From an uncultured delta proteobacterium (GTDB lineage: Bacteria > Myxococcota > Myxococcia > SLRQ01), in the NCBI GenBank assembly GCA_963727485.1, contig CAVSGM010000002.1:1568001-1632000 (forward strand): a stretch of 64,000 bases of DNA, written 5' to 3'. The position numbers were made by a program, and so were the translations under genes. Under the pieces are notes generated by a model. The model ran no database searches. It worked only from the letters and a program-made list of their open reading frames with translations, and was not told where the DNA came from. Shown here one piece after another: positions 34,301-43,245 of the stretch; within the stretch, counting starts at the first letter, position 1, and each line of letters opens with the position of its first letter.

Positions 34301-37108
34301 CGGCCCCGGGGGAAGGTCTTCGACACCGCCACCGACAAGCCCAGCTACGCGCCGGGTCAGACGGCGCACCTGCTCCTCGAGAGCCCGTTCCAGTCGGCCC
34401 GGGGGCTGATGGTGGTGGAGGCGCCGGCGGGCAACCGCTACGTGCCCTTCGTGGTCCGCGGGGGCAAGGCGACGGTGGCCCTGCCCATCGACGCCAGCTT
34501 CGTCCCCGAGGTGCCGGTGCACTTCGTCCTCGAGCGCGGGCGGATCGCGGCGCCGGCGAAGCGCGTCGACGGCCTCGACCTGGGCAAGCCCCGGACGGTG
34601 GCCGCGACCCGGTGGGTGAAGGTGCGGCCGGTGGCAAACGAGCTCTCGGTGAAGGTGGATCACCCGAGGTCGGCGCTCCCCGGCCACACGGTGCCCCTGA
34701 CGATCCACCTGGAGACCCCCGCGGGGAAGCCGGCGGCCGGCGAGGTGTCGTTGTGGCTGGTGGACCAGGCGGTGCTCTCGCTCGGGCGCGAGGCGCGCCT
34801 CGATCCGCTGCCCAGCCTCCTGCGCAAGCCCGCGTCGGTGGTGCAGATCCGCGACACCCGGGACGCGGTGCTCGGGCGCATCCCGCTTCTCGAGCGCGCC
34901 GGGGGCGGCGGCGAGGACGAGGCGGCGGCGCCCTTTGCCCACGTGACGGTGCGCAAGGTGTTCAAGACCGTGCCCTACTTCCGGGCGCGGGTGCCGGTGG
35001 GGCCCTCGGGGACCGCCACGGTCAAGGTCCACCTCGCCGGCGATCTCACGGTCTTCGCCATCCGGGCGGTGGCGGTGAGCGGGCCCGAGCGCTTCGGGAC
35101 CTACAAGGGCTCGCTCCCGGTGCGCCTCCCGGTGATCGTCCAGCCGGCGCTCCCGCGCTTCGTCCGGGTGGGCGACCGCTTCGACGCCGGGGCGGTGGCG
35201 AGGGTGGTCGAGGGGCCGGACGGACCCGGGCGCTGCCGGGTCACGGTGAAGGGCGGCACGGCCGGCGCCGAGGCCCGGGGGTGCACGGTGACGCTCGCCC
35301 GGGGGACGCCGGCGCGCCTCGAGGTGCCGGTGACGGTGACCCCGCCGGCGGCCGAGGACACCGGGCCCGGGGTGGTGCCGACGCTCTCGCTGAAGGTGGC
35401 GGTGCGCCGGGACGCGGACGGGGCCGCCGACGCCTTCCAGGTGGGGATCCCGGTGCGCCCGGATCGCCGCCCCGAGACGAAGACGGTGTTCCAGGCCCTG
35501 GCGCCGGGGAAGACCTACGCGGTGCCCGGGCCGGACGCCGCGGCGCGCCCCGGCTCGGTGAAGCGCACGGTGCTCGCCACGACGAGGCCGGCGGTCCTGC
35601 GCTTCGCCAGCGGCCTCGACACCCTGCTCGCCTACCAGGACAGCTGCACCGAGCAGCGGGTGAGCATGGCGATGCCGGTGCTGGCCCTGAAGCCGCTCCT
35701 CGACCGCTTCCACCTCCCCTACGACGCGCGGGTGCTCCACCACACGGTGGCCGGGACCCTGGCGTGGCTGGAGCTCACCCGCGGGGACGACGGGCTCTAC
35801 GCCTTCTGGCCCGGGGGCACCGGCCGGGTGGGGCTGACGGCGTACGTGGTGCGGTTCCTGGTGGCGGCGAAGGCCGCGGGGATCGCGGTGCCGCCGAAGC
35901 TCCTGGACCCGGCGCTCGCGGCCCTGGCCCGGGCGCTTCGCTCCGATGACCGCAACCTGGTCGACGGGGGCGCGTTCACCGAGCGCGCCGACGCCCTTCA
36001 GGCCCTGGCCGCCGCCGGGCGCTTCGACGTGAGCTACGCCGGCCAGCTCGCCCATGTGGCCGAGGATGCCGACCTCGCCGGCGGCGCCCGGGTGCTGCTG
36101 GCCCTCAACGACGGGCAGATGGGCGACTCCCCGCTGGCGCGCCGGGTGGCGGCGAGCCTCTTCGCCGGGACGGTGTTCGTGCGCCGCCACGGGCACCTGG
36201 CCTTCGACGGCCTCCAGCGCCCCCGGACCTTCGCCAGCCCCCTGGTGCTCTTCAGCCGGACCTCGACCCAGGCGCAGCTGATCCGGGCCCTGTGGCCGCA
36301 CCACGCCGCCGACCCGCGCCTGGGGCTCATGGTCGAAGACCTCCTGCGCCAGGGCACCGGCGACGGCTGGGGCGACACCTTCCGCAACGCCCAGGTGCTC
36401 CTCGCCCTGGGCCAGGTGCTGGGCGGCGGCACCGGGCCTTCGCCCTCGACGCGGCTCACCTTCCGCCACGACGGCCACGCCCAGGACCTGTCGCTCGGCA
36501 ACCGCCGGCCCACCGCCTACGCGGTCACCGGAGGCGCCGGGAAGGCGAGCCTCTCGGTGCCGAGCTCGGCGTCGGGGACGCTGGCGGCGCGGCTGACCCT
36601 CTCCTTCGTGCCGCAGGCCACCGGCGACCAGGTACACGCCGAGAGCCACGGCTTCGTGGTGCGCCGGGAGGTGCGGCGGGTGCCGGCCAAAGGCGACGGG
36701 CCGATGCGGCGCACCTGGCTCGACCGCCCGGGGCGCCGCCTCGCCTTCCAGGTGGGCGACGTGGAGGAGACCCACGTGCAGGTGGTGAGCCCCGAGCAGC
36801 GCCACTACGTGGTCATCGAGGTGCCGCTGGCGGCGGGGATGGAGCCGATGAACCCGGCGCTGGCCACCGCCCCCGCCGCGGCGAAGCCCAGCGAGCCGCC
36901 GACCCTGAAGCCCACCTACGTGCAGTACCTCGACGACGTGGTGCGCTTCTACTTCGAGACCCTCCCCGCGGGCACCTTCGACTTCTACTACCGGGTGCGG
37001 GCGGCGACCGCCGGCGACTTCGCCCAGCCGCCGGCCCGGGCGGCGATGATGTACCACCCCGAGGTGCGCGGCCGGTCCAACGGGGCGCGGGTGGTGGTGA
37101 CCCGGTGA
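31322..37108 (+). CDS. Bacterial alpha-2-macroglobulin family protein (~1928 aa)
   Basis: Signal peptide; MG motifs ERPVYRPDDTVH, FRLEAYRIPRF, TDKPSYAPGQTA, LWLVDQAVL, PALPRFVRVGDRF; thioester CTEQ at 35645-35656; C-terminal EVPLAAGME...YRVRAATAGDF..PPA..MYHPE. Confidence 0.92.
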   Translation: MIPVLRRAALAGLLALSLAVPAAAHAGAPKIVPQTFLRGYDPVTVLFDGHPGHAGPEDHPGRFVHLAPSWPGAWRWVDDHTLLFRPVSPWPPLARFTVRVGRTRRHLVTLMAPPVKTVPAAGADGLAPVKTVMLAFAEPVAPAALAKMVRIRVRPLPGLEDGVHPEGTWIGPEGFSVKALARTSANAPARYVLRLARPLGDGHAVSVRLRLGLTEDPHRAFASVDFATRAPFQVTAAGCLPGAGDPGDRLVPGLLPVTLAGTRYADDQAVAGGAGAARFVLRFSAPPVDLDLAQVKQLVRFDPAVSHLGFEVDGHLLRVKGDFVRGRRYLATVGPAPIHDRAGRPLAQRGRTEVPFFFPVRVSYLRLGQGHGVVERFGPKMFPVAGRGDTRVDLRIQQVDPLDRRFWPFPDRPVRVDEAKRPPGPGEAPPAPASQRPNPPPARIGKWIRLLGSPPVSRIATLPTTAATGESTFGLDLAPDLASLSGRQAPGTYLVGVRRLDAGTRRAWVRLTVTDLALTTVTRGHQLAFRVTSLSTGKPVAGATVSVQGIPSHATGYAFQTLLQGRTDAQGLFVHEVKAQRHAQLRRVVVTKGRDVLVRAISDPPLTFAQGRWTGHPGGWLSALTRSFTGAGKRLALAHLIPERPVYRPDDTVHLLGWVRDRVKGHLRVPAARAYRVRITAPDGKTTLLEAEADDHGVVAVDFSGKGRPTGGYEADLTNGDGETLASARFRLEAYRIPRFHVDLHAPRRVPMDRPFTMALSAAYYAGGRVAGRPVSWRVTQFPYTWVPQGRPGYLFATDQRFSRATRFAPPGAIERRDQTGPDGSAAMKVDPGLELDARPRRYVFEATVTGADDQTVTAQRTVVALPPFVLGMKTARLVHGARVLTPKLLAVGPEGKPVPGKRLTVRLLSRRWHAHLAETDVASGTPRYVTDVVDRKVYETHLRSGKRPATVRLPVHRAGVYVIEVSARDRLGRTQVLSVDLYVAGKGAVPWRRPRGKVFDTATDKPSYAPGQTAHLLLESPFQSARGLMVVEAPAGNRYVPFVVRGGKATVALPIDASFVPEVPVHFVLERGRIAAPAKRVDGLDLGKPRTVAATRWVKVRPVANELSVKVDHPRSALPGHTVPLTIHLETPAGKPAAGEVSLWLVDQAVLSLGREARLDPLPSLLRKPASVVQIRDTRDAVLGRIPLLERAGGGGEDEAAAPFAHVTVRKVFKTVPYFRARVPVGPSGTATVKVHLAGDLTVFAIRAVAVSGPERFGTYKGSLPVRLPVIVQPALPRFVRVGDRFDAGAVARVVEGPDGPGRCRVTVKGGTAGAEARGCTVTLARGTPARLEVPVTVTPPAAEDTGPGVVPTLSLKVAVRRDADGAADAFQVGIPVRPDRRPETKTVFQALAPGKTYAVPGPDAAARPGSVKRTVLATTRPAVLRFASGLDTLLAYQDSCTEQRVSMAMPVLALKPLLDRFHLPYDARVLHHTVAGTLAWLELTRGDDGLYAFWPGGTGRVGLTAYVVRFLVAAKAAGIAVPPKLLDPALAALARALRSDDRNLVDGGAFTERADALQALAAAGRFDVSYAGQLAHVAEDADLAGGARVLLALNDGQMGDSPLARRVAASLFAGTVFVRRHGHLAFDGLQRPRTFASPLVLFSRTSTQAQLIRALWPHHAADPRLGLMVEDLLRQGTGDGWGDTFRNAQVLLALGQVLGGGTGPSPSTRLTFRHDGHAQDLSLGNRRPTAYAVTGGAGKASLSVPSSASGTLAARLTLSFVPQATGDQVHAESHGFVVRREVRRVPAKGDGPMRRTWLDRPGRRLAFQVGDVEETHVQVVSPEQRHYVVIEVPLAAGMEPMNPALATAPAAAKPSEPPTLKPTYVQYLDDVVRFYFETLPAGTFDFYYRVRAATAGDFAQPPARAAMMYHPEVRGRSNGARVVVTR

Positions 37109-39522
37109 CGCGAAGAGGGCGCCAGCTCGCGGTGACGGTCGCCCTTCGGGTCGGCCGGGGGCGGCGCCTGGCGGCGCTGGTGGCCGCGGCCCTCGTCGGA
37201 CTCGCGGGCGGCTCGGGCTACGCCTGGCAGCGCCTCGGCCACCAGGTGCGCCTCCTCACCCCGGTGCCCACGCGCCTCTTCGTCGACACCCAGGGGCGCT
37301 TCCTCGCCGAGGTGAGCCAAAGCCAGCGGCGCCTGGGGTACTGGCAGCTTCCACCGCGGATCCCGCCCCGGGTGGAGGCGGCGACCCTCGCCGCCGAGGA
37401 CGCGCGCTTCTACCGCCACCCCGGGGTCGACTGGCGCTCGGTGCTCCGGGCGGCGTGGCAGGATCTTCGCGCCGGCCACGTGGTCTCCGGGGCCTCGACC
37501 CTGGCGATGCAGGTGGCGAAGATGCAGCACCCGCGGCCCCGGACCCTCTTGCGCAAGGCCGCCGAGGCGGTGGTGGCCCTGCGCCTCACCCACCGCTTCG
37601 GCCACCGGGCGGTCCTGCGCCAGTACCTGACCCTCGCCCCCTACGGGAACCGGGCCCGGGGCATCGTCTACGCGGCCAGGCGGTACTTCGACAAGCCGGT
37701 GGCCGATCTCTCCTGGGCCGAGGCGGCGTTCCTCGCGGGGCTGCCCAAGATGCCCGGGCGCCTCAACGTCCACCACCGGGCGGGGCGGGCCCGGGCCGAG
37801 GTGCGGGCGCGCTACGTCCTCGGGCGCCTGGAGGCCCTGGGGTGGATGTCGAAGGAGGCGTACGCCGAGGCGGAGGCGGCGCTGCCGCGGCTGCTCCTCG
37901 CGCCCCACCAGGTGCGGCCGGTGTCCGCGATCCACGCGGTCCTGGCCATGGACCGGCAGCTCGATCGCCGGGGCGCCCCCGCCGGGCACCGGGTACGCAC
38001 CACCCTCGACCTCGACGTCCAGCGCACGGTGGCCCGGGCGGTGGCGGCGCAGGTGAAGACCCTGCGGAACCGGGGCGCCGGCAACCTGGCGGTGGTGGTC
38101 GCCGACGCGCGCACCGGGGCCATCCGCGCCTACCTGGGCTCGGCGGACTACCTCGACCGGTGGCACCACGGCGCCATCGACTACGCCCGGGTGGCCCGGT
38201 CCTCGGGGTCGAGCCTCAAGCCCTTCATCTACGCGCTGGGGATGTCGCGCGCCGGGTTCACCGCGGCGACGGTCCTCGACGACGTGGGCCTCGCCCCCGA
38301 CGCCAGCACCGGCAGCTACACGGTGCGCAACTACGACGGCACCTTCCTGGGCCCGGTGCTCTACCGCAACGCGCTCGCCAACAGCCGGAACATCCCCGCG
38401 GTGGAGGTGCTCCGGGCCGTGGGCGTCGATCCCGCCTACCGCACCTTCTACGAGCTGGGGCTGGTGCGCCGGTGGCGGGATCCCAGCCGCTACGGCCTGG
38501 GGATGGCCATCGGGGCGATGCCGGTGCGCCTCGTCGATCTGGTGGGCGCCTACGGGGCGCTGGCGAACGGCGGGCGGCGGACGCGCCTCTCGTTCTTCCC
38601 CGGGTCGCGGCCCGGCCGCCGGGTGCTCCCCGAGGACGTCTCCCGCGCGATCACCGGCTTCCTCTCGGACCCCATGGCGCGCCTGCCGAGCTTCCGCCGG
38701 GGCGACGCGTTGGACCTGCCGTTCCCGGTGGCGGTGAAGACCGGGACCTCCCAGGGCTTCCGCGACGCCTGGTGCGTGGGCTTCTCCCGGCGGTGGCTGG
38801 TGGGCGTGTGGGTGGGCCGCGCGGACGACGGGCCCATGGCCCACGTGAGCGGGGCCAGCGGGGCGGGCAAGGTGTTCCACGCGGTGATGGCGGCGCTCCA
38901 GCCGGCGGCGATGCAGGGCCTCTCGGACACGGGCTTCCCGCCGCCGCGGGGCTGGGTGTCGCGCCGGGTGGACATGCTCACCGGCAAGCTCGCCGGGCCG
39001 CTGGCCCCGTACGTCGCCGTGGCCTGGTTCAAGCCCGGCACCGAGCCGGTCACGGTGACCGACGCCTACCGGCAGATCGTGGTCGACCGCCGCACCGGCC
39101 GGCCCGCGGCGCCGGGGACGCCCAGGCGCTGGCGGCGCCGGCGGACCTTCGTGGACCTGGGCCCGCGCTTCGCCGCCTGGGCCAAGGCCGCGGGCCTTCG
39201 GCTCCCGCCGCTGCCGGCGCTCCCCGGGGATCCGCGCCACCCCGACGTCGACCCGCGCATCGTCCTCGACGCCCCGGCCCGGGGCGCCCGGGTCCTGGCC
39301 GATCCCGATCTCCCGGCGGCGGACGCCACGCTGCGCCTCTCGGCGCGGGTGACCCCGCCGGTGCCCCAGGTGGTGTGGTGGGTCGACGGCCGGCCCTACA
39401 AGGTCGTCGACTACCCCTACGAGACGCGGTGGCCGCTGACCCCGGGCCGGCACGTGTTCCAGGTGCGGCTGCCCTACGCGCCGGTCCGCAGCGCCACGGT
39501 GGCGGTGCGGGTGGACGGGTAG
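37105..39522 (+). CDS. pbpC: Penicillin-binding protein 1C (transglycosylase/transpeptidase)
   Basis: AAEDARFYRHPGVD, SGASTLAMQVA, YLTLAPYG; SxxK (SSLK), SxN (SRN), KTGT; C-terminal WWVDG...WPLTPGRH; position directly after alpha-2-macroglobulin is the established arrangement. Confidence 0.92.
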   Translation: MTRRGRQLAVTVALRVGRGRRLAALVAAALVGLAGGSGYAWQRLGHQVRLLTPVPTRLFVDTQGRFLAEVSQSQRRLGYWQLPPRIPPRVEAATLAAEDARFYRHPGVDWRSVLRAAWQDLRAGHVVSGASTLAMQVAKMQHPRPRTLLRKAAEAVVALRLTHRFGHRAVLRQYLTLAPYGNRARGIVYAARRYFDKPVADLSWAEAAFLAGLPKMPGRLNVHHRAGRARAEVRARYVLGRLEALGWMSKEAYAEAEAALPRLLLAPHQVRPVSAIHAVLAMDRQLDRRGAPAGHRVRTTLDLDVQRTVARAVAAQVKTLRNRGAGNLAVVVADARTGAIRAYLGSADYLDRWHHGAIDYARVARSSGSSLKPFIYALGMSRAGFTAATVLDDVGLAPDASTGSYTVRNYDGTFLGPVLYRNALANSRNIPAVEVLRAVGVDPAYRTFYELGLVRRWRDPSRYGLGMAIGAMPVRLVDLVGAYGALANGGRRTRLSFFPGSRPGRRVLPEDVSRAITGFLSDPMARLPSFRRGDALDLPFPVAVKTGTSQGFRDAWCVGFSRRWLVGVWVGRADDGPMAHVSGASGAGKVFHAVMAALQPAAMQGLSDTGFPPPRGWVSRRVDMLTGKLAGPLAPYVAVAWFKPGTEPVTVTDAYRQIVVDRRTGRPAAPGTPRRWRRRRTFVDLGPRFAAWAKAAGLRLPPLPALPGDPRHPDVDPRIVLDAPARGARVLADPDLPAADATLRLSARVTPPVPQVVWWVDGRPYKVVDYPYETRWPLTPGRHVFQVRLPYAPVRSATVAVRVDG

Positions 39523-40410
39523 TCAGGCCGCCGGCGCCGCCGCCGCCGCCTCGAGGACCTCGCGCATCCGCCGCCGGGGGATGAAGTGCCCCTGGCCGGC
39601 GATGAGCCGGAGCGTCGCGCCGGGGATCGCGTCGGCGAGGCGCCGGGCGTGGCTCGGGGGGAGGAGCCCGTCGCGTTCGCCCTGCCACAGGTGGGTCTCC
39701 ACGCGCACCGCGCCGAGGTCGAAGCCCCAGGGCGAGGCGAGGAGGCGGTAGTCCTCGGCGGTGCCCCGGCCCCCGGGCGCCAGCGCGTCGAAGAAGGGCC
39801 CGCTGACCACGTGGCCCGGCAGGTCCCGGAGCAGCGCCGCGTCGGGATCGCCGGTGTCCTCGAGGCCCTTCACCAGGGTGCGCTCGATCATCGCCGCGGT
39901 GGCGAGGCGGGTGGCGCCGAGGACGGCGCCGGCCAGCCGCGGGGCGCGCCTCGCCAGGGGGAAGAGCAGGCGGTCGCCGAGGAGGCCGAGCTCGGCGACG
40001 TCCCCGGGGCGGTCGATGGGCGCCATCCCCGCCAGCGTCATCACCCGGGTCACCCGGTCGCCGAGGCGCGCGGCGCAGGCCAGGGCGTAGGGCCCGCCGG
40101 CGGACCAGCCGACCACGGCGAAGCGGTCGAGGCCCAGGTGGTCGGCCAGCGCCGCCACGTCGCCGGCGAGGTCCGGGAGGGTGCGGCCCGGCTGGCGATC
40201 TCCCGCCTGGAGATCCGAGGTGCCGATCCCCGGCCGGTCCACGGCGAGGAGGCGGACCTCGAGGGCGTCGCAGAGCCCGGCGGCGAAGGCGACCTCGGTG
40301 CGGCAGGACAGCCCCCCGTGGTGCCAGATCACCGGCCGGCCGCCCGCGGGCCCGAGGGCGAGGTAGCCGAGGCGCCGGCCGCCTTCGAGGGTGAGGACCT
40401 GGTCTGCCAT
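39523..40410 (-). CDS. Alpha/beta fold hydrolase
   Basis: WHHGG, DRPGIGTS, nucleophile GWSAGG, WQGERD, GQGH. Confidence 0.92.
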   Translation of the reverse strand: MADQVLTLEGGRRLGYLALGPAGGRPVIWHHGGLSCRTEVAFAAGLCDALEVRLLAVDRPGIGTSDLQAGDRQPGRTLPDLAGDVAALADHLGLDRFAVVGWSAGGPYALACAARLGDRVTRVMTLAGMAPIDRPGDVAELGLLGDRLLFPLARRAPRLAGAVLGATRLATAAMIERTLVKGLEDTGDPDAALLRDLPGHVVSGPFFDALAPGGRGTAEDYRLLASPWGFDLGAVRVETHLWQGERDGLLPPSHARRLADAIPGATLRLIAGQGHFIPRRRMREVLEAAAAAPAA

Positions 40411-40604
40411 GGCGCGGGCATCCTACCCGCGGCGCGTCACCCGCGCAGCCTCGGCGGGGGCAGGGTCCGGGACGAATTCAGCACTGCTGTATTATCGGCC
40501 CAGAGGGGCGCCGGCAGGGCGCGAGGGCAGGGGGCGACTCGGCCGCGGGCCGGGGAGTCCGCCCGAGTGACCGGCCGTGCCGCACGTGCTTTCCTGGGGG
40601 CTGC

Positions 40605-41834
40605 ATGATCTGGATCGTCGCCGCCTTCGAGCTCGCCTTCCTCGTCACCGTGGTGGCGATGCTGGTGAACCTCGGGCGCATGCGGCGCCTGGCCGACCTC
40701 CCGCTCCCCGACCGCGCGGAGTGGCCCACGGTCTCGGTGGTGATCCCGGCGCGCAACGAGGGCACCCACCTGGGGCCGGCGATGCAGCGGCGCATGGCCA
40801 CCGACTACCCGGGCCTCGAGGTGATCCTCGTCGACGACCGGTCCGAGGACGACACCGGCGCCATCGCCGACCGCCTCGCCGCCGCCGACCCGCGGATCCG
40901 GGTGATCCACAACACCGGGCTCCCGGACGGCTGGCTGGGGAAGGTCCACGCCCTGGACCTCGGCGCCCGCGGGGCCACCGGCGAGTGGATCCTCTTCAGC
41001 GACGGCGACGTGGAGGTGGCCCCGGGGACCCTGCGCCGCTCGGTGGCGTTCTGCGAGGCGCAGGGCTTCGATCTCTTGGCGGCGATCCCCATGCCCGACC
41101 CCGCCGGCCCCTGGGTCGGCGCGCTCCACGCGATCATGGCGCGGCTGCTCTTCGGCGCGGCCTTCGTCGGCGCCATCGAGGACCCGCGGCGCGACTGGAT
41201 CATCGGCGTCGGCGCCTACACCCTGGTGCGCCGGGAGGCCCTCGAGCGCTCGGCGGGCTTCGCCGCCTTCCGCCTCGACGTCGCCGACGACCTGCGCCTC
41301 GCCCAGGTGGTCAAGCGCGCCGGGGGCCGGTGCACCCTGGTCAACGGGGTCGACGCGGTGGGCGTCGACTTCTACCCCACGGTGCGCGACTTTTTCGGGG
41401 GCATCGAGAAGAGCAGCTGGTCGGTCCTCGCCGGCTTCCGGCTCCTCCAGGGCCTCGGCCTCTCGGCGCTCTTCCTCGCCATGGAGCTCTCGCCGCTCGC
41501 CTTCCCCGTGGTGGCGCCGACCGCGACGCTGCGTCTCGTCGGTGGCGCGCTCCTCGCCTTTGCCCTCGGCGCCTCGGCCTACGCGCTCCAGAGGGGCAAC
41601 GGTCGCCCGCTCCCGGGCCTCCTCTACCCGGTGGGCTCGGTGCTCTTCGCCTGCGGCGCTGCCCGGGGCACGGTCCTCGGGTGGTGGCGCGGGGGCCTGA
41701 AGTGGCGCGGGACCTTCTACGACACCGAGACCCTCAGGGCCGCAGCGAAGGAGGCGGCGATTTCCCGTCGTGCTCCCGCAGGAGCCAGCTCGGCCGCCGC
41801 GGGGTTGGCAGCGCCACCCGGAAGTGATCGCTGA
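40605..41834 (+). CDS. Family 2 glycosyltransferase, membrane-anchored (HpnB/CrtQ-like)
   Basis: VSVVIPARNE, VDDRSEDDT, LPDGWLGKVHAL, FSDGD, DVADDLRLA, C-terminal TMs and WRG. Confidence 0.88.
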   Translation: MIWIVAAFELAFLVTVVAMLVNLGRMRRLADLPLPDRAEWPTVSVVIPARNEGTHLGPAMQRRMATDYPGLEVILVDDRSEDDTGAIADRLAAADPRIRVIHNTGLPDGWLGKVHALDLGARGATGEWILFSDGDVEVAPGTLRRSVAFCEAQGFDLLAAIPMPDPAGPWVGALHAIMARLLFGAAFVGAIEDPRRDWIIGVGAYTLVRREALERSAGFAAFRLDVADDLRLAQVVKRAGGRCTLVNGVDAVGVDFYPTVRDFFGGIEKSSWSVLAGFRLLQGLGLSALFLAMELSPLAFPVVAPTATLRLVGGALLAFALGASAYALQRGNGRPLPGLLYPVGSVLFACGAARGTVLGWWRGGLKWRGTFYDTETLRAAAKEAAISRRAPAGASSAAAGLAAPPGSDR

Positions 41835-42489
41835 CCACCTCGCGGATGTGCGCCACCGCCTCCACCGGGTCGTCGGTGACGTGGTAGCGCGCCAGGTCCG
41901 AGGCGCCGATGGTCCCCTCGTCGACCATCTCGTGCTCCACGAACTCGAGGAGCCCCGACCAGTACTCCGAGCCCATGACCACCACCGGGAACCCCTTGAG
42001 CTTCCCGGTCTGGATCAGCGTCATCACCTCGAAGCTCTCGTCGAGGGTGCCGAAGCCCCCGGGGAGCACCACGAAGGCGTAGGAGTACTTCACCAGCATC
42101 ACCTTGCGCACGAAGAAGTGCTCGAAGGTGAGGTGGCGCTGCACGTAGGGGTTGGGCTGCTGCTCCTTGGGGAGCACGATGTTGCAGCCGATGGACCGGC
42201 CCCCGGCCTCGTTCGCCCCGCGGTTGGCCGCCTCCATGATCCCCGGGCCCCCGCCGGTCATCACCGTGAACCCGGCTCGGGCCAGCTCCCCGCCGAGCTG
42301 GCGCGCCAGGTCGTAGTAGGGGTGCTCGGCGTCGAAGCGCGCCGAGCCGAAGACGGTCACGCAGGGCCCCACGAAGTGCAGGGTGCGGAAGCCCCGGAGG
42401 AACTCGGCGGCGATGTGCCCCACGCGCGCGAGCTCCGAGAGCCTCGACCTCGGGCCCTCGAGGAACTCGCGCTCGTGGTTGCGCGCCAC
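41734..42489 (-). CDS. LOG-family (TIGR00730-like) Rossmann-fold protein
   Basis: VTVFGSAR, TGGGPGIMEAANRGA, FFVRKVMLVKYS, PGGFGTLDE. Confidence 0.92.
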   Translation of the reverse strand: MARNHEREFLEGPRSRLSELARVGHIAAEFLRGFRTLHFVGPCVTVFGSARFDAEHPYYDLARQLGGELARAGFTVMTGGGPGIMEAANRGANEAGGRSIGCNIVLPKEQQPNPYVQRHLTFEHFFVRKVMLVKYSYAFVVLPGGFGTLDESFEVMTLIQTGKLKGFPVVVMGSEYWSGLLEFVEHEMVDEGTIGASDLARYHVTDDPVEAVAHIREVVSDHFRVALPTPRRPSWLLREHDGKSPPPSLRP

Positions 42490-42493
42490 GCGC

Positions 42494-43153
42494 CTACTCG
42501 CAGACCAGGGTGAAGAAGTTCGGGTAGAGGTCGTGGCGCGTGACCTTCACGAAGCCGGCGGCCTTCAGCTCGGCGGTGGCCACGTCCACCGGCACCCGGA
42601 TCTCCAGCGGCGGGCCGTGCTCCGGGTCGCCCTCCGGGTCCCAGTCGCAGATCACGAAGTGGCCCCCGGCCTTCACCGTCCGGCGGACCCCGGCGAGGTA
42701 GCCAGGCCGGTCCTCGAGCTCGTGGAGGAAGTTGACCATGATGGCCGCGTCGAAGGCGTCCTCGGGGGTGGGGAGGCGCTCGGCGTCGTCCCGGGGGACC
42801 TCGAAGGTGTCCACCCGGCCGAAGACCCCGCGCTCGAGGGCCCGGCCCACCAGCACCCCGAGCATCCGCGGCTCCACGTCGAGGCCGGTGACCTTCGCCT
42901 CGGGCAGGGCGTCGAGGAGCGGCAGGGCGAAGTAGCCGGTCCCGACGCCGATGTCGAGGATGGCTCCCGGCTTCGCCTCGGCCACCAGCGCCACCAGCTT
43001 GTCCGCGGGCTGGCGGGCCTGGCGCTCGGGGGAGTCGAGGCGGTCCATCTTGTGGAAGGGGAAGCGCTTGCCGGCGCCGGGGCCGTGGCCGAGGTCGGCT
43101 CCCTCGCCGTGGTCGTGGTGGTGTCCGTGGGGGTGGTCGTGCCCGTGGGCCAT
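42494..43153 (-). CDS. Class I SAM-dependent methyltransferase with His-rich N-terminus
   Basis: [39 protein letters not shown]...DW...GPP; GGGAGA RBS. Confidence 0.87.
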   Translation of the reverse strand: MAHGHDHPHGHHHDHGEGADLGHGPGAGKRFPFHKMDRLDSPERQARQPADKLVALVAEAKPGAILDIGVGTGYFALPLLDALPEAKVTGLDVEPRMLGVLVGRALERGVFGRVDTFEVPRDDAERLPTPEDAFDAAIMVNFLHELEDRPGYLAGVRRTVKAGGHFVICDWDPEGDPEHGPPLEIRVPVDVATAELKAAGFVKVTRHDLYPNFFTLVCE

Positions 43154-43245
43154 GGTGGGTCTCCCGTTGGGGGTTTTCCTTCGAATAGGCCCGGGGCGTC
43201 CCGGGCGCCACACGATCGTCACCGGGCCGTGCCTAGGCTCCGGCC

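Noticed and set aside
27449..37108. 3219-aa ORF as one giant protein
   Set aside because: The first ~1290 aa are an Arg/Pro/Gly-rich shadow frame of gene 26127-31325. The real alpha-2-macroglobulin starts at GTG 31322 with its own signal peptide.
40411..40604. ncRNA or small ORF in the intergenic region containing an AT-rich patch (GAATTCAGCACTGCTGTATTATC)
   Set aside because: No recognisable RNA family fold or credible ORF; most simply the divergent promoter region.
42494..43153. Methyltransferase as arsenite methyltransferase ArsM
   Set aside because: It is adjacent to acr3 but lacks the conserved multi-cysteine As-binding pattern of ArsM.
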